Part shown: positions 46,393 through 58,596 of the stretch, one piece after another
Position numbering within the stretch: position 1 is the stretch's first letter
How the letters are laid out: every line of letters starts with the position of its first letter
Assembly (NCBI GenBank): GCA_051362555.1
Contig: CM120641.1
Location: forward strand, 39,314,401-39,378,400
Source: Lingula anatina
Lineage: Eukaryota > Animalia > Brachiopoda
Reading direction: 5' to 3'
DNA length: 64,000 nucleotides
Position numbers and translations under genes: made by a program
The notes under the pieces: generated by a model
The model's input: the letters and a program-made list of their open reading frames with translations, nothing else
Database searches by the model: none
What the model was told of the DNA's origin: nothing

Positions 46393-49300
46393 ATAGTCCG
46401 TGGGCCAAATACCGAAACCCTCCCCCCCCTTAGTGATTTTCGTTCACTATGTTTTTCTGATAGCTTAGGTCCTTAGCTTTTATTTTCTGCTTGTTTGCCA
46501 TTAAACTGGTGGTGGGTGGGTGTGCTACAGCCGTTGCCATGGTAACACACGGGTTAAAAATTGACATTTCTGAGCCCAACAAAATCTAAAATATTTCAAA
46601 TACATAAACTAAATAGAATTCAAAATCGTTCTAGACATGTAGTCTAAGATGTGCACTATACCTAACGATGAACAAAATTTTCCAAGATGGCGGCAAATCC
46701 AAGATGGCGGCCAATTTTTGCAGTTTTTTCAGAAATTTTGATAATTTTTAATTTTTTAATTCTTATTTAATTATTAAAGAATTGCAATATCTGGGATATT
46801 TTGATGCACCAGTGTAGCATGGAATCTTTACTTTCTGCCTGTAGTGTTTGTTCAAGGTGCAATCTTTTTATTGAGATGAAAAATCCTGAAATCCAACATG
46901 GCTGCCACAAAACAAGTCTTTTACATGTAGCTGTCCTGTCTGGAAATATGACAGATTTATAATCCCAAATTTAGTTCTTCATTACTTTTGGTGCACTGAA
47001 TATAAAAGCAGAACCCTTTTCAATTACTTGATTTAATTTGGATTACAGTATGGCTTTCAAAATTCAAAATGGCCGCCAATGAATGTGAATTTACATCTTT
47101 GTAACCAGTACACTAAAATATGAAAGCAATATTCCTAATTTTATCTTAAGTTTGGATGAATACCTATGTTTTAATAGTGCTGATCACTACTAGATGTGTG
47201 GTCATGTAAAATGATTAAAAAAAAGAAAGATCAAATGGTCAACAATAACCTAGACTATAGATAAAAGACCTATAATACCCTCCAATAAATGCAAGTCACT
47301 CACATTTGACCTAAGAAATCACACAAAGTTTCATGTACATGGTAATCACTCACATTTGACATGGGAAAGAATACTTTTGAGTTGAAATACTAATGTATTC
47401 TGTCGCATTTGAAAGAAATGGCTGTCAATGAGTATAGGGGACTATATATTTATGGTCAACATGATACACTCTTGCTAAAAAATTGATTGAAAATTATATT
47501 CCAAAAGAATGTTACTTACATTGATTTTATTAACCTGAATCCCCCTTTAGTGACTTTTATTTACTATTATAGATCGCTTACATCCTAAGATCCCATTTTC
47601 TGCTTGTTTTCTATTCAATTAACCCAGCCATTGCCATACTAACACAGGGGTTCGAAATTGACATTTCAAATATATTAACTTCAACAATAATGTAAACTTA
47701 AGAAGACATCTGTATTCGTGGTATGATGGCAAAACATTCTTTGAACATCCAAGATGATGTGATTTTTTTCAAGATGGCAGCAATATCAAAATTGCGGCCG
47801 GTTTAAGCTGATTTCTAAACCTGTTTCTACTGTAAGTAACTAACGTTGAAAATTTAATAAATTTAATGGGTTAAGTATTTTGATAGCCATATGGTATTTA
47901 GTCTTTACTTACGGCTTACAGTGTTTGTTATTCCTATAATTATCATTTTAAGAAAAAAAAACTTGAAATCCAAAATGACCCCAACAAATCCTGGGTGATT
48001 TACTTTGGTATATATCGCTGTCCTATTAAACTTCTAATGTTGTTTATTGTTCTCCGAAATTGCCTTCTTTCTATCTGTATTTATTCTTTTAATTCTTTTG
48101 TATTTGTTGTTACCTTTTGATGTATTGAATTTGAATAATATGAAGCCAAGATCGTGAACATTTGTAATAACTCAATATGGTCTACAAGTATTTAAATTAT
48201 CGTGCGGTAGATGGCTGAAATTATTTGATCGTCTCTTACCATCTATTGGGCAAGTTGAATGACACAAAATAGTCTGATTTTGAGTGAAAGGCAACTAGTT
48301 TGCAAATATACATGGCGATTTTGCATTTCTATACAATTATATTTTAAGTAAAATGTTATAAAAAATAAATTATATATTCAGTTGAAGTTAGTGGATATAT
48401 TGATTTTTCGAAAACGTGGATATAATTTTACCTCTCTAGCAGTTTGAAGCTGAGTTATGACATATACATGTAAATGTTTTATTTCATTTATTCATATAGA
48501 TGAACACCATCTTAGATTGTAACAAAAACTCAGTTTCAGAGGTAACAGCAAATTTTAATTGGCTTTCCAGTGAACATTCTTCATGAAAAAAGACTACAGC
48601 CAAGACATTTCATCCATTTCCAACAAGCCTTAATCCTAAATATTTAACTGAATATGGACAAGTGTTTCCGTGAAAGCAGTGTAGAAAGGGCATATTTGAT
48701 TATAATTAACTGCACAAATTTTAGAATTATTTGTTTGTTGCACTGTTTAATATTATTGCAGCAAAATTCATACCTGCACTGTCATGGCCATTTGTGGCCA
48801 TGGTGAATTTTGGAATAGCCAAGTAAATATAATTTGGCTGAAAATTAATAGAAATGATTTATATTTAGATAATATCCTAATAGGTTAATTCAGTTTATCA
48901 GAAAGAGCAAAAGAGGCATTTTGAAACGAAAATGTAATATATATTCGGTCAGCACAGCAATATGTATGAACCCTGTTTTGTGATGGCCACCATGGGTTTT
49001 AGGTTTTATTACACTTAAACAAGAGGATATAGGAGTAACAATCACTGTAAACAGTAATTATGCAATTCTGTTCATATCAGCATATCCAAAAACCTAACAT
49101 TTTTCAATTCCAATGCTGCTTTCAAAGTTTACAAAAAGCTACTTTCAGTAATAAGAAGAAAATTAACATAAATCTATCGTCATCTTGGATTGGCTGCCAT
49201 TTTGGCAATTTAACTACGATAATTTTTTCAAATAATTTTGTTGATAACTGAGGTCCAAGTCTAATTTTTTTTTAAAAGTTTACAATACAGCGAGTTCATA

Positions 49301-50974
49301 TATCTGAAATACATGGCAATTTAAAGGTCTCAGAAATTATAATTTTAAAGCCCCTGTGTTACTATGGCAACAGCTGAATCTGTCACACCTTTCACCTATT
49401 ACATGACAAACAAGCAGAATATTTGAACTTAGGGCCCATGCTATCAGAAAATCATAGTAAATAAAAATTGCTAATAGGGCTGAGCTAGCTTGAGTTTATT
49501 AAATTTTATTTTGTATTGGAATAATGTATTATATCATTTCATGTGTAAGCAAATTGGCGGCCATTTTGAATTTTGAAAGTCATAATGCAATCTGAATTAA
49601 CACAATTTAAAGAAAAGGGTCCTAGGTCTATATTCAGTACACCTAAAAGTAATAAAGAATGTAATTTGGGATGATTAATGTGGCATCTTTCCAGTTAGGA
49701 CAGCCGTATGTTAAAGACATGTTTTGTGGCAGCCACCTTGGATTTCAGGATTTTATGTCAAAATTAAAAGGTTACATCTTCAACAAGCACTTTAGGCAGA
49801 CAGCAGAGGCTTTTTACCATTATGGAACATCAAAACACATGTCACATTGCAATTTCTTAATAATTAAATAAAAACTCAAATATAAAAAAATTCCCAAAAT
49901 TATTAAAAAATGAGCAATAATTGGCAGCCATCTTGAATTTGCTGCCATCTTGGGACATTTTGATGATTGTGAAGTATAGCACACTTCTTAATTTACACAT
50001 CTGGTATAATTATGAATTCCATGATTTTAAATGCATTTGGAATATTTAATTTTTATTTTTGGTCTCAAAAATATCAATTTTCAACCCCAGACATAACCAT
50101 GGCAACAGCTCTGTTACTCACACCCACCACCAGGTTAATGGCAAACAAGCAAAAAATAAAAGCTAAGGGCCTAACCTACCAGAAAATAATAGTAAACAAA
50201 AATCACTAATGGGGCTAAGTTGGTGGGAGATAATTAAAATTAATATTCTGTTGGAAGAATATATTATATCAATTTTAGCCAGTGTGTATAAGCATATTGG
50301 CAGCCATTTTGATGTAATCAATGTAATCAGAATTAATGCAAATTGTTTTAAAAAGTCCTAAGCTCGAATTCAGTTTATTAAAAGTAATAAAGAATGACAC
50401 TTTGATGATAAATTTGGCATCTTTCCAGTTGGGACAGCAGACTTATATTTTGGCCACCATTTTGGATTTCAGGATTTTACAGCAAAATTAAAAGGTTTCA
50501 TCTAAAATAAATACTGTAGGTAGCAAGTAGAGACTGTATGCTATTCCGGCGCATCAAAACATATCCCACATTCTTATTCCTTTATTATTGAATAAAGACT
50601 CAAATATGAAAAATAATTGAAATTACTCAAAAATTAGCAAAAATTGGCCGCCATCTTGAATTTACAGCCATCTTGGAATATTTTGAGGATCATACAGTAT
50701 AGTGCAGCTCTTAAACTATACATCTAAAAGGATTTTGAATTCCATTCACTTAACACATTTGAATAATTTAATATTTTTTTGGTCTCAGAAATTTCAATTT
50801 TTTATCTCAGACGTTACCATGGCAACGGCTGTAGCACACACACCCACCACCAGTTTAATGGCAAACAAGCGGAAAATCAAAGCTTAGGACCTAAGCTATC
50901 AGAAAAACATAGTGAACGAAAATCACTAAGGGGGGGGGGGGGGGGAGGGGGGTCTACATTGGCCCATAGACTAT
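46393..50974. mobile_element. Foldback-type non-autonomous element of about 4.6 kb with modular inverted arms of about 700 bp
   Basis: 46430-47090 is the reverse complement of about 50295-50930. Further module copies at about 47545-48000 (left orientation) and about 49555-50215 and 48960-49480 (right orientation). No ORF and no clear TSD. Confidence 0.8.
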
Positions 50975-51259
50975 AATCGATGCTAGGTTGGTCGTTTATT
51001 GGTGCCTGTGTTGTTAACAGATTGACAAGTACCCAGTACCCCCCCCCCCCCCCAAACACACGCACCTGACACACTTACGTACTAGATCGAAACACACACT
51101 TTGAACTAAATTATTGGTGGTAGAGCTTCAGAAGAAAATGTTGTCGGAACTACATATTAGGCCCAATATGACCAACGCTCAGCCTAAAACAATACTATTC
51201 AAAAGTCTCTATGATATATAGGCTAGTTTAACCCTAGGGTCATCCCCCTGTTGGTTAGT

Positions 51260-51399
51260 GTACTGGTTGCTAGGATATGACATCATAGCTTTAGTTTCGA
51301 AACGAGGCTGCATGATCATGGCGAGCGAAACTTTGAGAAGTCTGTATGTAAATATCATCAAAATGGATTTATTACCGCCTTTCTGTAAATTCGAAGAAG
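51260..51399 (+). promoter_or_regulatory. Putative promoter and first exon of the right-hand gene
   Basis: X-box-like GTTGCTAGGATA (51267), CRE-like TGACATCA (51278), CpG-containing exon ending AAG|GTTAGA at 51399, and the next acceptor at 51906. Confidence 0.5.
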
Positions 51400-52126
51400 G
51401 TTAGACCATAAATAACTTAAACATCAAGTGTCGTGTAATGTGCTTGGTGCATTTTATTTTTGGTAAGTCGAACACTTTTTTATAGAACAGTTTTTGAAAT
51501 ATGTAAGTCTAGAGCAGCTTTTGAAGTTTTTATTCTACTGTGTGTAGTGGAAGCAGGTGCTCGTTTGACAAATGCTTTTCATAAAAAAGACGGGGACTAA
51601 AAGGGTGCTGGCGTTTTTGAAATTGTTGTACTTATTGGACACTGGTCGTAAATATAAGTTCAATTTTATTTAAAAAATCATTTTCTTTGATATAATTTAG
51701 ACACTAAAACAGTACCTCTGAAACTGATTTTTTTGTTTGTTATGCTAACGTGTCACTGAATTACGAGTTGAAAGCTGGAGTCTTTGGTGTTGTATTGTTT
51801 AATTAGATATTTAATATATACAGATGAGTTTCAAGCACCCTGCTGATTTTTTAATTATGTAATTCCAACATCTTTGGAGTTTTTTGTTTCTTTTTTTTTA
51901 CCATAGAAACACGTACCAAGCTTCAAGCAGAAATTTACGTCCAAAGGATACCATATTTGACTGAAGGACCGAGCCAAACATGGGCATTGCTTTTTTTACC
52001 AGTGATTTAGTGGATGATATGTTTGCTGAATTATTTTTTAAAAATGCTGCATAACTGAGCATTTAACTGACACAATTAATACAATTGAAAGAAAATAAAA
52101 ATAATTTTTGAAGAATATAAGATTTA

Positions 52127-55100
52127 ATGATGATGGCTGGAGTCCCACCCACCCCAGCTTCAGACATTTCAAGGTCTGAAATTTTGCCCATGGGATATAC
52201 TCAGATGGAGAGCCCACCCATGACACCTGCCTCTGCTTACAAAAACATGACAGGGATATACTTAGGACAGGTGGGTAGAATATGTGACGGTTGTCACTGT
52301 AGCATCATTTTTGTTGTAAACAATAAGCTGAAATGTATTCAGGTGATGCATATATTTTAGAATAAGAAGGATATCTTCTGTGAAAAAAAATTTAAAAATT
52401 TAAATTAAGAACTGGATAAGGAAATAGTCCATTCATGTCTCTTTCTGTGTCCTTACTCAATATTTGTTAACTAAAATCAATTATGATCTGTTAGCAATAA
52501 TTGCAGTGCATTGATTTAGAAATTGTATGACATAATTTTTTATTGATTAATTATTATGCATTTATATTAAAGACCAAACTGTCAGCCAAACTGTAGCTTA
52601 TAATTTGATTTTCATCTGTGATAACAGCAAACAGTTTCAGTACTTATGATTGCTCAGGTGTTATTCGGAAAATTCTGTAACTTGATAAATAACTGTAGAT
52701 CTAAGCACTTGAATGAATGCCTTAGTTAAATGAGTTTTGGTTTCAGTTGGTGTTTAGTGTCTTTACGTGTATTTTCGGGCTAACATTACCTGAAAATGTG
52801 TTTGTCATAAAAGCAATTGGGCAGAAAATCAGATAAAGTTCATGTCTAATTTTGATGGTACAAAATGCTCCAACAGAATCTGATTTAATATTGACTGTTT
52901 TGTAGGAGAGCGGCCCCAGTCCAGGGAGACAGAAGGCGTACGTCCCACCTCTAGCTAGAGGGCGTGGCATGCCTAGTGGACGGATACGCACTCCTATTGA
53001 GGAAAGACGATATGTAAGGAAAAGTGACAGTTTTAACCTTTTTGTTGATTATAGATCTAATGATAGTTGCAGGGCTTTGGAAAAAGGGTTGATGAAATAT
53101 AGAAAGTTAAATCAGAAAGATAGATTTTGGTGTGTCAGTTTAGTATTTCAGTCTTGTAAAAAAACCAGCATCTTACTCGATTATGTGTGCCTATTCATAA
53201 TGTTTTATGTTTTATACCATCTTTCTATTCCTTATAACTTTTGAAACTACTTATTCCCCAATGAAAAATTGAAAAATAAGCAGTTTTATCTTACCACAAC
53301 TCTGTTAAATAGGAAAAAAATGGCCTAAGCCGCCATAAGTTTTGTGGAGTGTAAAAAGTTTTGAAGAAGGGACCCATGCTTCAAAATAACAATTTATTGC
53401 TGTTTATAGCTTTGTTAGATTTGAAATAAGTTACTTGTTTTGCTAATGTCACAGATGTTGACTGAATGTTCCTTTCAATTTTCAAGCTTTTGCATTTTTA
53501 TTGATTTATAGCTATGTGTATTAAAATAGGATCAATAGGATAAACATGCTTATTATGCACATACTTCATAATTGTCTGATGTAGTTCAATCTAAATGATC
53601 ATATTGATTGTGATTTGAAGTTGAGAGCATATATATTACGTGGTGTTATATCTTGTTTTCTAGATGGTGATTATGGCCTCAAATCACACTTGCAAAAGGT
53701 TAGAATAATCTCCTTGCTTAAGTATTACTTTATTCTTCCACCTAAACATTTGCCTTCAAGGGTTTTGATTTTATTTATATCGTAGAAAATGGTGGAGTTA
53801 CTGCGTATAAGAGAAGATAATAAAGGATTCAAAGGACAGCCCTTAAAGGTAAGATGAATCCATGGATTACTGGTTTATCCTTTTCTCATGAATTTTTCTG
53901 CCATAATCAGCCACTGCTGTGCAGCTTTATTGTGCTTTATATTGCTAGAGGCATTTTAATACAGGTAAATTATATTTCCTTATGAAATAATGTAATCACC
54001 ATTTTTATTGATTTTGGTGATGATAATTTTTAAAAAAATGTTTGATTGAAGCAGTTTTATTTTGATTTATTCATTGCAAACAGAAAATATATAGTAAGCC
54101 ATAATTTCTGTTGTCATAATCACAATGTGCCTATCTAGTGGAATCTTGTTTAATTTTTCAGGCCAAGAGTAAACCACCAACCCCCCCAGGTCCGCTGGGC
54201 CCCCCAAGTCCTCCCACTTTGAGGACTCAGACTGCTCCCTCCTCAGATATGTTCTCTTCTCCTGTAGAGTTCCAGAAACTTGTACAGTATGTATACTTGG
54301 CCCATCTTTTGCTTAGTACATACAAAGGAGTAAATTTTTCAATAGCTATCTCGGTTTCATTTTAGGTTATAATATATTTTAAATTATGTGGTCATAAATG
54401 AAAGCTAAGGTAGATGGAGAAACTGCAGGTGTAATAAATCAAGCTTATTTTTCAGGAGAAATCCTCGAAGATTCACACGTGCCAATAATACAGGAGTTAC
54501 ACACATGGAGTACCTCAACTGTATGAACCATAAAAGGAAAAATGAGATCCCATTATTGGAAGATAACATTTTTAGTGTGCCTTTCACAGAGACTGTTGAG
54601 AAAGAAGTAGACAGAATAGCTCGTGAACAAGGGGAAAGTTTGGTTGGACTTGGAGATTGCTATAACAAAGTTTGCAAAGTATGTAAATGTTTTTTAGTAG
54701 CAAAGCTTTTACTGAACTGCTTTTACTGTACTGAATTGTTTGGAAAACTTGAAATATTCAGGTGAATTTTATGCATGACAGCTATGATTTTGTTGTTTGT
54801 AGTTGGTTATGATTGTGAGAAAACAAATCTGACATTGTGTTAGCTGTGTTAGCTTGTTGAGACAGGCACAATGATGGCATATTAACATTGAAACAATTCT
54901 AGTTCTCAGATGTGTTTTCACTCTGTTTTGACTTTTCTGGATTACTTGTCTCCAATATATTTAATGGTATTAATGTTGTTACATTATGCGAAGAGGTTAG
55001 TTATGTTTTCATACAATAATATAGCAGTTAAATATTTGAAGTCTGAAAAAAAACGACTCAAATAAGATCTGGTATGTGTACCAGTATAAGCTCATTGCTA

Positions 55101-58100
55101 CAAAAATTAATTTTCAGTAATCTTTTGGACTTTTATTTTTCCCCTTATTTCAGGGCAACAAAGAGTCCCTTCACCATCTTCTTCCCCATCGAAGGCCTCA
55201 AACCCAGAGTAAACCCTCAGGAGCCCAGTACACTGGGTTTACAGTGAAGTAAGTACAGATATGAAAAAAATTCCATTCTACCTTTGCTTACTTAACAAGT
55301 TGTCACCATTAGTCGTTTTGTTTGTTTGCTGAGATTAACAAGGTTGTGATTCACCCTTTTAACAGATTTTTTATTTTTCGTCAAGTTTGATGACTGGTTT
55401 GCTTCTGTATTTTTTCATACATGGATGTTTATTGCTGACAGAATGTAGCAAAACACAGGCAAGTGGTAGAGTTTACCTGCTATTAATTACGCACAGTGGA
55501 TGTTTATAAGCTTGTTACAGAGTTTAGAGTTCTGTTTAAAAAATTAATTTGTTAGTACTGAAATATTCTTATTTCTTTTTATATACTATTACAAGGTAGG
55601 ATGGGTACACAAGCATGTTGCTTCACATCACATTCATATAATTCTGCATGGTAGATATGTTACAGGTTTGATCAAAGAAACTTGGTATATATTCTTTCAT
55701 ATATATGGAAAGGGTGATAATTTTTCCTTTAACAATAAAACTAATGATTCTCATTGCTTTGTTCATGTGTGCCAGCTTCTCTTTGGGTCATGCAGGGCCA
55801 GGTAAAACCAGGACTTCTCAGCATGTTTGTTTATCATGTGGACCCCCACTGTGTATGAGAAGCTTATCCTGGATTCTCAGAATGTATGCAATAGCACATT
55901 AAGTTCTGTTCCACTATTAGCCTGATAGTACTGTTTTCGTAATTACTTTCAATGTTACTACACTGAACCACTTAGTAAATTGATCACATTGTGCAGAAAT
56001 TATATTTCATGGAAAGATACTTATGTTGCATTAGAGAGCATGAGTATTGAATATAAGTCTGATCCATTCCATTTATTATTTTATTTTACCTTTGTTTGTA
56101 TGTATGGGACTGAAAAATTGTAGCACGATCAGTGTTAGAGCTATTTTGCAGGCCAGGCTAAAGTTTAAAAGTTACAGAAGAACTGAATCCTTTAAAAAAT
56201 TCCATTTACCTTTACAAACATTCCAAAACAACTTGTTTATTAGGACTTTTGCCTATTAATAACTCATTTTCAAAATTTACAGTGAAATTAATGAAGGAGT
56301 TTCTTCATCACAGCAGGAAATGGGGGTATGAGCTCTCTACAAATAGGCCACTTAGTACAATAACATCTTGGTAATAGCTATTTTCTATTAACATCCAGCA
56401 ACCCAGTGACACCAATTGCGAACCCCTAAAAGTGACATTTATATTGATGCACATGTCAGTGTCAGCTAAGACATTTGTCAGATATGTCTGAGCTATGTTG
56501 GATTATTTGTTTACTTTCTTACCCTGTCCTTAATCATATGTCAGCAGCATTAATGCTGATTAGTTGATTAGTCAAAGTAAGAATTAGTGGGTTTGATTTG
56601 TTTTTCTGATTGATTAGAATCAATAGAGAAATGAGCTGCTGAGGTTAACGACTTTGTTGTGAGGAATGCCATTTGAATGAAAACATTTCCAGGATGAGGT
56701 AAAATAGTTCACACAGTGAGAAAATCAGTTCCATTGAATTTACACCCACTGCAGCTAAATTGATCACTACTTCTTTTGAGTATGGATATTTTTCTTCCAG
56801 TTCTGGCCTTGTTTGAACAACCACGCAATCAACTGATGTAATGTGTCTATATGATATTAAATGTGTTGTATAAATGAGGATGTTTGTAAAGAACATGCAT
56901 ATAAAATGACCTGCATCACATGGGTGTCACCAGCATTGATTGGAAATGTACAGTAGCAGTGCTACCATCTCTTGGAGAATTAATTGCTTCAACTTCTGCA
57001 ACAATGTTATGTAGCCAAGGAAAAACATGGTTGGCATAAAGACAGGTGTTTTTTTTTTTTTTTTTTTTTTTTAATTTCACAGACAACAAATTAAAAAAAA
57101 ATTCTGAAGTATATGAAGAATGCAACTTTGCAATCACATTTTGACAGTTTATATATATATTTTAAAGGTTGCAAGATCAGATTCATCCTAGCCACAACAT
57201 ATTGTTTCTTAGCTTGTATAGAATCCAGGACACTGAAGAAGACTTTGCATGTTTTAGTGACAGCACAAAATGCATGCATGCTATTATTTGAAGTTTGCCC
57301 AATGTTCCATATCTTAAGCACTTATTTTGACACAAATGCTTCGGACATAGTATAATGGTAGTTTACTGGTTAACCTGAACTTTCTATAATATAGAGTACT
57401 GTCTACACTTATGCAATACTGCACTCGTCTACTTAAGAATAATAATTATGTTTTATTGTTCACATTGACACAATAGCACCACCTGTATCTGGGCATGTCT
57501 TGTCTTCTTCTAACCATGCATGAGCTACATGTATGGCGCATACACGTGCATGCACTGTTCAGCCACAATTACGTATCCAGATTTCAATTACACTGTAGGT
57601 GCATGTCTCTTCTCTGAATACTGTCACAGTTACAGTTTATCACTATGGCCTATTTCATAAATATTTGATGTATTTTGGTAAAAAAACTTTACATAAAATT
57701 TGTGATTTGGGTCTTTGCATTGTAAGATACATTGTAACTGAAGTTCATGGTGCTAAATAGTTTATATATTTTTATTTTAAATTATTTGCTTTACCTAGAT
57801 GTTTTTAACATGTAATCTATGAAAGTAGCATGGTTTGAGAGCACATGCTGGTATCATTCTTATGCAACAACATGCTTCAAGGTTACGGTAATGACTCGAT
57901 CTTTTCAGTGGGCAAAAATTATCAAACTTTCAGATACATAAGTTTATAATTACAAAAATTGTATTTCTGTATTGCATTTGTGGTGCTTTTACTGCATAGA
58001 ATAGAACTATAATAGAGTAACCTGCTTTTTAAACTTGTTGCTACCATTCTGTAGGAATGTTCTAACTTGAAGAAATTATGACTTGAAAGTGCAGTATCTG

Positions 58101-58596
58101 TAAAATTCACAAATTTCCCCTCATTGAAAATATCGAGTAATCACTGTATTTATGTTAATGCTCAGAAAATGTGACAATTTATATTGAGATTTGTTTTTAA
58201 TGTTCTCTACATATAAATGAGCTCTACCACTCTTTTCAACAAATTCTCACCATATTGTCATTATAATTATCAGATTTTTTATTAATACTTCTAACAAATC
58301 TCCACTCTCTGTGACACTATTTAAACTCAGCAAACTAAAAAAACACCTCTTGTTTCTGGGGTTGTCAAAGGTTGTCAAATCTTAATGCCACATATTTTCA
58401 TCTAATTGTAGAAGTTACAGGAGCCCAAATCAAGCCGAGATCCTGGCTGATTTTTCTCAGGGACAACCAAGACAAAGATCTGTGATAGGATCAAGACTTC
58501 TGGTGCCATTGCCATACTTTTTCCGTCCATATGCCAATTACTACGAGTCTCAAGCCACAGCTCAAGGCAGACCTCCAGGACCTGGGTACTTTGATG
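52127..58596 (+). CDS. Unidentified Pro/Ser-rich protein, 5' part; presumably continues beyond the window
   Basis: Phase-consistent exons 52127-52270, 52906-53013, 53786-53848, 54162-54286, 54456-54679, 55154-55248 and 58412-58596. Translation MMMAGVPPTP...EERRY/KMVELLRIRED.../HMEYLNCMNHKRK.../HRRPQTQSK.../PGYFD. No stop reached and no recognisable domain. Confidence 0.7.

Noticed and set aside
49671-51074. Short ORFs such as TMATALLLTPTT and TMATAVAHTPTT
   Set aside because: Translations of foldback modules and poly-G/C runs, with no transposase motifs.
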